Source of the DNA: Candidatus Micrarchaeota archaeon
GTDB taxonomy: Archaea; Micrarchaeota; Micrarchaeia; Micrarchaeales; Micrarchaeaceae
Assembly (NCBI GenBank): GCA_021827525.1
Contig: JAKAVJ010000013.1
Span: 9,191-73,190, forward strand
DNA: 64,000 nt
Reading direction: 5' to 3'
Below, in pieces: positions 57,618-64,000 of this stretch (its first letter is position 1; the number at the start of each line of letters is the position of its first letter). Both the position numbers and the translations under genes were made by a program. The notes under the pieces were generated by a model that had not been told where the DNA came from, did not search any database, and saw only the letters and a program-made list of their open reading frames with translations.

Positions 57618-59177
57618 TCATTTCCCTATTGAGCTGAGTATATTGTAGCTCGAGCAAAACATGTCCGAATAGGAGGTGCCGCGGAGATGGAAGAAGTTGT
57701 AGACGCCTGACTGGAAGTAGTTTATGGCGCTTATGTTGTGACTGCCAGTCGCGCTGCACTGCGACTCGTTAGTAAGGTCCACCTGCTTGAACAGCTCATA
57801 CCTTAGCGTGACCGCCGTGCCATTGGTGTAGTACGGTATCGAGAAGTAGTTGACCACAAAAGTATGGTTCTCCGATATCACTGTGCCTGTGTGCAGAGTT
57901 ATGCCGTTGTTGAACAGGATTGCACTCGATCTCAGCACTTTGCTATACGCTATATTGGGCGCGCCGGTCTCGGGCTCGCGGGTATAATTGACAATCACGT
58001 ATGTGAGGTTGCTCGTGTTCTTAGAGGACCCCAAGGAAAACGCGTAATCCGCACCTATGATACTCAGCTCGGTCACGTTCTGCCTGGAATTCGTCAGTAT
58101 GGATAGCACACCCTCGCCCAGCGCCGCATAGTTTACCGTTGTGCTGCTGTTGAACGTGTATGCAGAGGGGCTTATATACCCAGAATATGGAAGGGTGATT
58201 GCAAATGCAATTACACCGAATGCAAAGGCGAATGACGCCGGAACTGCATATGCACTTGCAGCGATGCGATTTGGAGAAGGCTTGCTCCTGTGAGATGCCC
58301 TGTGTTCATTTCTCTGTGCTTTTGGGATCTGCAGGCCGAACTTGTACGCTATGAGCATCATGATTATTATGGTCGCATAGAATATTATCTGCCCTATGAA
58401 CAGGTGGACCGTGGATATGGCAGTGCCTATCCCATAGAAAGCCCACACAAGTGCTATTGAAAACATCCTCAATATATTGAGAACAAACATCAGCGCTATG
58501 CCGCTTACCACCCATAGCGCCTTCCAGCCGGGCTTGCCATCGTAGAGGTAGGCTAGCGGAAGCAGGAACATGAACAGCGCTATGAATGCCCCTATGTCTG
58601 CGCAAGTAGATGCTATGGATATGGTCCCTGTTGAAGCACCTATTATCTTAATCCCGTCCTGGACTACTGACACTCCTGCGAGGCGCAGCGTGTTGAACAC
58701 AACGCCCGCATTGAGCATTGTGAACGATGCGTCCAGGTTTGTTACAGGCATGAGAAGCAGCGGCGAAGCAAATAGTATATAGAAAAGCAGGAACTTCATC
58801 CTCTTCAGACCAGGAGTACCGAATACCGCGAGGATTATGGCGGCGAGAACGAATATGAACAGGAATGCATCGACCCTGTAGCTCATGAAGATGAAAGACA
58901 GAGCGACCTTGGAATATGAAAGCAGTATTATATAGGCTACGAACACAGCAGAGGCTATGGCGAGGTCGGCCCTCCTGAGAGTTACCTGGAGCTTGTCGTC
59001 CTTCATGTAGAATATTATAAACAGAAGCGACATCAGCATTACTACTATCACGTAGGTCATGGGATTGGTGTCGGAAACCTGGAACTGTGTTATGGACAGG
59101 GAGTTGGCGATAGCGATGACAAACGCTGCCAAAACTATGAGCAGCCCTAGCAGTCTAATCTTACTCTTCTGCAACAT
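57618..59177 (-). CDS. Exosortase/archaeosortase-family transpeptidase-like membrane protein with ~210-aa extracellular C-terminal domain
   Basis: LRLAGVSVVQDG...ISIASTCADIGAFIAL (Cys), VLNILRMFSIAL (Arg) and TVHLFIGQIIFY (His), in the order and spacing of the exosortase Cys-Arg-His triad. About 8 TM helices. Confidence 0.6.
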   Translation of the reverse strand: MLQKSKIRLLGLLIVLAAFVIAIANSLSITQFQVSDTNPMTYVIVVMLMSLLFIIFYMKDDKLQVTLRRADLAIASAVFVAYIILLSYSKVALSFIFMSYRVDAFLFIFVLAAIILAVFGTPGLKRMKFLLFYILFASPLLLMPVTNLDASFTMLNAGVVFNTLRLAGVSVVQDGIKIIGASTGTISIASTCADIGAFIALFMFLLPLAYLYDGKPGWKALWVVSGIALMFVLNILRMFSIALVWAFYGIGTAISTVHLFIGQIIFYATIIIMMLIAYKFGLQIPKAQRNEHRASHRSKPSPNRIAASAYAVPASFAFAFGVIAFAITLPYSGYISPSAYTFNSSTTVNYAALGEGVLSILTNSRQNVTELSIIGADYAFSLGSSKNTSNLTYVIVNYTREPETGAPNIAYSKVLRSSAILFNNGITLHTGTVISENHTFVVNYFSIPYYTNGTAVTLRYELFKQVDLTNESQCSATGSHNISAINYFQSGVYNFFHLRGTSYSDMFCSSYNILSSIGK

Positions 59178-59282
59178 TGAATTTATCCTCGGCCGAAATG
59201 GGCATCATCACTATTCAGTAGTTACTCTTCTCTTCATCGGACATATAGATATTTAGGCTAATATTAATATAGCTTCTATTAT

Positions 59283-59723
59283 ATGCGCGCTAAAATTGGG
59301 TATAGGTATGTTGAGCACACTGCAGATGTGAAATTTGTAGCTTATGGCAAAGGCATTGAAGAATTGTTTTCCAATTCTGCAATGGCGCTCTTTAATATCA
59401 TGGCTGACACTTCGTGTGTAGGTGCGCACGGAGGGAACGGCAGGATTGCCAGGATAAGCGTGCGGGCTGAAGATGAGGACACACTGCTTTGGAGGTTCCT
59501 GCAGCGCTGCCTTTCTGCCCTGGAAGTTCGCGGGGATTTCGCATACGGCATAAGGGGCGTGCGCTTTACAAAAGGCAGGGAGCTAAGGCTGGAGTGCGGC
59601 CTTGAGTGCAAGGATATGGCAGTGGAATGCTCTAAGCTCGAGGCGAAGGGAATATCAAAGTACGACCTTGCCGTAAGAAAGGGCAGGGCAGGCTATTCCG
59701 CAAGCGTGGTGGTAGACGTCTGA
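59283..59723 (+). CDS. Archease
   Basis: YRYVEHTADVKFVAYGKGIEELFSNSAMALFNIM and the C-terminal ...VVVDV are typical of archease. Confidence 0.85.
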   Translation: MRAKIGYRYVEHTADVKFVAYGKGIEELFSNSAMALFNIMADTSCVGAHGGNGRIARISVRAEDEDTLLWRFLQRCLSALEVRGDFAYGIRGVRFTKGRELRLECGLECKDMAVECSKLEAKGISKYDLAVRKGRAGYSASVVVDV

Positions 59724-59731
59724 ATGGACGT

Positions 59732-59802
59732 AGCCAGGAGAGGGAATTGAACCCTCCTACACCGCTCTGCAGGCGGTTGCATAGCCAATCTGCCATCCTG
59801 GC
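59732..59802 (-). tRNA. tRNA-Cys(GCA)
   Basis: Acceptor GCCAGGA/TCCTGGC; anticodon arm ACCGC-CTGCAGA-GCGGT; T arm GAGGG-TTCAATT-CCCTC; discriminator U73 (Cys identity element). 71 nt. Confidence 0.85.
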
Positions 59803-59875
59803 GCGCGCTTTTCATATATCTTTTAGTGCGGTATTTATATTTTGCTTTGCAAATCGATATTATTAAGGGGATTGC

Positions 59876-61039
59876 ATGAAGGACTATTTAATAGAGGAGT
59901 CACAAGCAGGCTTGCCTCAGGAACTGATAACAAAGGTAGAGTACATGGACGCTAAAGCGCCCATACAGCAGGGGCTGTCAATGCTCAAGAAGTATCCTGC
60001 TGTGCTGGTGAATAAGAACGGCTCGTATTATGGCATAATGGATTCGAGGAGCCTGTACAGCACAAGAGGCAGCTTCAAGTTCTCGAAGAATCAATCGATA
60101 GAGAAGTACACCGCAAAGGTGCCTTCTATAGACGACAGCATGCGCATAGACGATGTGATAACCGCCTTCTATACATCAAAGGCTAAGGCGCTGCCATACG
60201 TTCTGAAGGGCAAGATAATGGGAGTGCTTGACAGGAACACTCTTGTAAAGATAATATTGTCGCTGGAGCTGCTCAACGACCAGAAGGTTTCTGATGCTAT
60301 GAGCACACCCGCCGTAGCGGCGAGCGATCAGATATCGCTCTCGCAAGCGAAATCCGTTATGGAGGACAACAGGATAAAGAGGCTTATAACTCTCCATGAT
60401 AACAAGTTTTCGGGCTTGATAACCTATTTCAGCCTGCTGAGCAACTACTACACCATCGACGAGCGCCTGCCGGAAAAGAAGACCGACAAGTACATGCCGA
60501 GCTCGATCAGGATAGCTGACATCATGGAGAAGAACCCCATAACCGTGAGGAATGATGTGGACCTCGCCTCCGCGGCAAGGCTGCTGGCAGAGAACAACAT
60601 ATCATCCCTGATAGTCACAAACAAGCAAGGCATGCCTGTAGGCATACTCACGGTTACGGACGTGCTCGAAAACGTCATAAACAGGAGGAGGCTGGAGGAG
60701 AACAGGATATTCATATCAGGCATAGACAAGACGGTAAAGGAGTATGAGCCTGAACTGAGGGAAGGGCTCAAGCAGCTGTCGCAGCAGCTTGAGAGGGTTA
60801 AGAGCATAAGCATACAGTACATAGCAATGAACATCAAGAGGACGCGCGGTAACAGGTACGATATAAAGGTTCGCGTTGCACTCAAGAACGGCGGCACCAT
60901 ATCTGTGAACGTCGCGGATTTCATACTGGAGCGCACATTCAATGAAGCCCTAGACAGCATAAAGAGGGACGTCATAAAGGCGAAGGAGCGCAAAATCGGC
61001 CTCAAGAGGCTGGATGTAGAAAATGATATGGGTGAATGA
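59876..61039 (+). CDS. CBS-domain protein (four CBS modules) with an extra C-terminal alpha/beta module
   Basis: Four repeats of the CBS pattern (e.g. VGILTVTDVLENV). The C-terminal ~100 aa loosely resemble an HPF/RaiA-type fold, with low certainty. Confidence 0.65.
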   Translation: MKDYLIEESQAGLPQELITKVEYMDAKAPIQQGLSMLKKYPAVLVNKNGSYYGIMDSRSLYSTRGSFKFSKNQSIEKYTAKVPSIDDSMRIDDVITAFYTSKAKALPYVLKGKIMGVLDRNTLVKIILSLELLNDQKVSDAMSTPAVAASDQISLSQAKSVMEDNRIKRLITLHDNKFSGLITYFSLLSNYYTIDERLPEKKTDKYMPSSIRIADIMEKNPITVRNDVDLASAARLLAENNISSLIVTNKQGMPVGILTVTDVLENVINRRRLEENRIFISGIDKTVKEYEPELREGLKQLSQQLERVKSISIQYIAMNIKRTRGNRYDIKVRVALKNGGTISVNVADFILERTFNEALDSIKRDVIKAKERKIGLKRLDVENDMGE

Positions 61040-61042
61040 AAA

Positions 61043-61519
61043 ATGGCAATAGGTGCAGGAAGGGGCTGCAAGTCCCAATCAAGCCTGGAGCTGCTCATAA
61101 CGCTATCCTTCGGGCTGATAATATTGCTGCCCATAGTAGTGCTCGCCTTCATACAGATATCGGCTTCCACATCGACGCTATCGACAACAGAGGCGCAGCA
61201 GGTTGCAAGCAAGCTTGCATCGGTCGCTTCAGTGGTGGGATCGCAGGGATCCCCAGCAAAGGAGGTAGTATCAATACAGATACCTCCTGACGTTCAGGCG
61301 ATAATGGTCGGCACGCCGAGCGGCGGAGTGGGCCACGAGATAATATTCAATGTGAGCACGAACGCCGGGGTAAGCTTCATAACGGCTTATACCTCTGTGA
61401 ACGTGAGCGGCAACCTTGCCAACATAGAGGCTACAGCTACTTATCTGATCAATGTGAGCGCACAGGACGCATGCCCGAGCGACGCGGCAGTGCCGTGCGT
61501 CTACATACAGGAGGAATGA
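61043..61519 (+). CDS. Archaeal type IV pilin-like protein (class III signal peptide)
   Basis: GRGCKS|QSSLELLITLSFGLIILLPIVVLAF: a basic residue, then a small residue at -1, Gln +1 and Glu +5, then a hydrophobic helix. Confidence 0.7.
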   Translation: MAIGAGRGCKSQSSLELLITLSFGLIILLPIVVLAFIQISASTSTLSTTEAQQVASKLASVASVVGSQGSPAKEVVSIQIPPDVQAIMVGTPSGGVGHEIIFNVSTNAGVSFITAYTSVNVSGNLANIEATATYLINVSAQDACPSDAAVPCVYIQEE

Positions 61520-61531
61520 CTGGGGCAGCGC

Positions 61532-62182
61532 TCACAGCCTCAGCGAATATATGTGCCTGTAGAGCTTCTTACCCTTCTTCATGCCGTAAAGCGTGTAGGA
61601 CCTCTCAGGCTTGAGCTTGTAGAGCGAGAAGAAGTATGACACGAGCTTCTTGTCGCTTATGTATAGGTCGTATCCCGAATTTATCCTCTCCTTCTTTGAT
61701 ATGAAGGCGTTGTTCCTCTCTATGTACGATTCCATCTTCTTCAGCATCCTCTCGACCAGAAACGTGTCGCCCCTCAGCTGCACCAGCGCCTCGTAGTACC
61801 CTGAGACCTTCCTGACGCAATCCCTGCACATCCATTTCCTTATCCTCAGGCCTATGCGCTTGTCGAACTCCACGGTGCTGCCTTCTACAGTGCACTTGAA
61901 CCGGAGCACAGCGTCTGTCTTGCTGTATGATACGACCTTGAAATCGCAATCAGGGGCCTTCAGCACAGTCTTGATGGCTGCGGTGAGCGCGCTCTTCGTA
62001 AGCTGGAAGTTGTCCATGCCTACGCGTATCCGCTCGCAAGACTTGCATTGGTACACTTCTGCGCTGTCCGGTATCTTGCGCTTGAGCCTGTCTATGGTGC
62101 AGTCCTCGCAGAACTCGCCGATGAAGCGTATATCGTCGCTGGACTTATTGCATATGGGGCAGTGTATGGCCATCTCGACCAC
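61532..62182 (-). CDS. NMD3-family (ribosome-associated) zinc-ribbon protein
   Basis: CPICNK...CEDC...CKSCERIRVG cysteine clusters at the N-terminus and overall size match archaeal NMD3 homologues. Confidence 0.65.
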   Translation of the reverse strand: MVEMAIHCPICNKSSDDIRFIGEFCEDCTIDRLKRKIPDSAEVYQCKSCERIRVGMDNFQLTKSALTAAIKTVLKAPDCDFKVVSYSKTDAVLRFKCTVEGSTVEFDKRIGLRIRKWMCRDCVRKVSGYYEALVQLRGDTFLVERMLKKMESYIERNNAFISKKERINSGYDLYISDKKLVSYFFSLYKLKPERSYTLYGMKKGKKLYRHIYSLRL

Positions 62183-63754
62183 CTAACCGAAGTGCTTGCT
62201 CAGTATGGCGCCGTATGCGGGCCTCGTTATTAGCACGCCGAGCAGAGCACCGATTATCGTAGCCTCTGAAAAGCCTATCACTGTTACCATGGAGGTTGAG
62301 AAGAACAGGGGCATCATCGCCATTATGAGCAGAAGCGCATCCATCCATATGATGTAGAACGCCTTGCTTATCAGGCCTTTTGCGGTAGTCTGCTCGCTGC
62401 CATGGGAGAGCATTTCGTCAGTTATTATGATCTGCGCATCCACACCAGTTCCGACTACCGCTATTATGCCCGCCACAGCCGCGAGGTCTATGGTGCCTAT
62501 CAGCCCTATTATCGACGTTATGACGAATAGCTCAGCGAAAGTCGTGAGCAGTATGGGCGCGACGAGGAACATCTTCTTGTACCTGAGCGTTATGAATATT
62601 GATATCGCGACTATCGCGACAATGCCTATGATGCCGCTGACTACCAGTGACTGCTTGCCCAGTGTGGGCGATACCGGAGAAGGAACACCGGGTATCACGG
62701 CTATTGGAAGTGCGCCGCCGCTCAGTATGCTCGCTATTGTCTTCTCCTGGTCTGTTGCATAGCTAAGCTGGTCGCTCTTGGGAAGCGTCAGAGGAGCGAC
62801 ACCGGATATCTCATAACTGTCGCTGACATTGCCAGTGGTGAGAGAGGGGTTGAGTATGGGAGCAGAAAGCAGCCCTACAAGCCCCCAGCTCTCTACTATG
62901 GTCTCGTTCGTCGCTATTGCGGTGAACTGGGGTGTCATGTTCGCATTGCTCTCGAGGTTTACCGTGCGGTTTGTGGCCATGAGATAGTCTATGAGGCTGC
63001 GGTTGAGGTTGTAGCTTGCATATATCTTTGTGTATCTCGGATTCGATGCCACGAACTTCTCGGCGCTGGCTATGCTCGCATTCGTATCTGAAACTGATAT
63101 GACAGGTATCGTCTGGTTGCCTAGGACAAGGGCGGATTGTATCATGCTCAACGCCCTGCTAGGTGAAAGCCCCAGGGATGAGTTGCCCAATATCGAAGAA
63201 TTTATGAGTATAAGCGCATTTGTCGGGCGGTCGAGGTACATGTAGAGCGGCTTGTTGGCCTGGCCGAACACGGCCTTGGCGAATGTGCTCATCGATGGCG
63301 CAGTTATGAAGAACTGGACGGCCCACGTATAGGTATTGTTGGCCAGCTGCGGCGATATCGAGCCTATGCTGCCCTTGAGTATATCTGACCCGTTTATCGC
63401 GGACGTGCCGTTGACAACGCCAACGAAGGTCCCCTGACTCTGTATGATGCTTATCGTGCTGTTCACATCAGCTTGCGATACCGAAGGTATCGTCACGTAT
63501 ATGTTCGAATTGCCCACTCCTTCTACCGTGACCTCCTTCAGCCCGAAAGTGGATACCCTCTGCTGCAGGTCCGCGATCATAGTGCTCATCGTTGTGGCGT
63601 TTGCGCTGTGCTCCAGCGACACAGGTATGAGCGTCCCTCCCGCAAAGTCTATGCCGAAGTGTATGCCGTAATGGACGTCGAGGAGAGCCAAGGCTGCTAT
63701 TATTACTACAAGTATTATTATCTTGTAGTCCTTCATATATGCTTTAAGGCTCAT
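62183..63754 (-). CDS. secD: Protein-export membrane protein SecD
   Basis: N-terminal TM, large periplasmic-type domain, C-terminal 5-TM bundle (…GIIAVVGTGVDAQIII…). Overlaps secF by 4 nt. Confidence 0.85.
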   Translation of the reverse strand: MSLKAYMKDYKIIILVVIIAALALLDVHYGIHFGIDFAGGTLIPVSLEHSANATTMSTMIADLQQRVSTFGLKEVTVEGVGNSNIYVTIPSVSQADVNSTISIIQSQGTFVGVVNGTSAINGSDILKGSIGSISPQLANNTYTWAVQFFITAPSMSTFAKAVFGQANKPLYMYLDRPTNALILINSSILGNSSLGLSPSRALSMIQSALVLGNQTIPVISVSDTNASIASAEKFVASNPRYTKIYASYNLNRSLIDYLMATNRTVNLESNANMTPQFTAIATNETIVESWGLVGLLSAPILNPSLTTGNVSDSYEISGVAPLTLPKSDQLSYATDQEKTIASILSGGALPIAVIPGVPSPVSPTLGKQSLVVSGIIGIVAIVAISIFITLRYKKMFLVAPILLTTFAELFVITSIIGLIGTIDLAAVAGIIAVVGTGVDAQIIITDEMLSHGSEQTTAKGLISKAFYIIWMDALLLIMAMMPLFFSTSMVTVIGFSEATIIGALLGVLITRPAYGAILSKHFG

Positions 63755-64000
63755 CTCAATACATCCCTCTTCTTTTTATACCAGAGCACGAACACAGTGT
63801 TGCCGAACCATGTGGTGAATATGTCGCCGATAAGGCCGGCGAGCACCACACCTGCTATCTCGAAATACGTAGGTATGAACGCTATGTATGATATCACGAA
63901 AAGTGCAGAAAAGACTATTATTGCTGTCGAAGTCATCGTCAGGCCTGTTTTCATCGAGCCAAATGCCCTCGATTCCGGGGTCTCCTCGCTTCTCTTGAGT
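63751..64000 (-). CDS. secF: Protein-export membrane protein SecF (C-terminal part; N-terminus lies beyond the window end)
   Basis: The frame stays open to position 64000 (…LKRSEETPESRAFGSMKTGLTMTSTAIIVFSALF…). Its position immediately upstream of secD supports the call. Confidence 0.75.
   Translation of the reverse strand, partial: LKRSEETPESRAFGSMKTGLTMTSTAIIVFSALFVISYIAFIPTYFEIAGVVLAGLIGDIFTTWFGNTVFVLWYKKKRDVLR

Noticed and set aside
1-64000. Search for rRNA genes, CRISPR arrays, transposases/IS elements and integrases
   Set aside because: No ORF shows DDE/HUH transposase or tyrosine/serine recombinase motifs. I noticed no repeat-spacer periodicity and no rRNA-like conserved stretches while reading the window.

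Overview
Densely coding archaeal chromosomal segment, roughly mid-40s to 50% GC by eye, with a few AT-richer islets. Archaeal hallmarks: an HMf-type histone, MCM, Topo VI subunit B, archease, a KH/Dim2-like protein, an NMD3-like protein, a class-III-signal pilin and helix-bulge-helix tRNA introns. Housekeeping genes: hsp20 divergent from a wHTH-regulator-grpE-dnaK-dnaJ unit, mcm, argS, nnr, a class II lysS, an Obg-family GTPase, an APC permease, top6B and secD/secF. RNA genes: five tRNAs (Ala, Glu, Arg, Leu, Cys), of which Ala and Arg each carry an intron in the T-loop at the same position, plus a probable SRP RNA. Envelope and glycan content is high: four GT-C-like polytopic proteins, a processive GT2 synthase, a Dpm1-like GT2, a NodU/CmcH carbamoyltransferase, a radical SAM enzyme, an archaeosortase-like protein and sequon-rich ectoproteins. 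Accessory material: an AbiEi/AbiEii pair and a Cys-rich micro-ORF next to tRNA-Leu, and an att-like duplication of the tRNA-Glu 3' end bracketing an AT-rich 2.6-kb islet. Main hunt result: a ~16.7-kb co-directional minus-strand cluster (32372..49115). It encodes a VirB2/TrbC-like two-helix small protein, a 6-TM protein, six tandem paralogous polytopic proteins sharing an R-x-I-P-x-T-R-x-x-G-G motif, two equal-length bitopic paralogues, a VirB4/TrbE/HerA-type ATPase, small accessory proteins and an 803-aa glycoprotein. I read it as a divergent, paralogue-expanded type-IV-secretion-like (Ced/Ted-like) envelope machine. It has no relaxase, coupling protein, integrase or type IV pilus core. Lineage guess: an acidophilic DPANN (Micrarchaeota/ARMAN-like) or Thermoplasmata archaeon; this is inference only. 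No rRNA, CRISPR array, transposase or integrase was seen.
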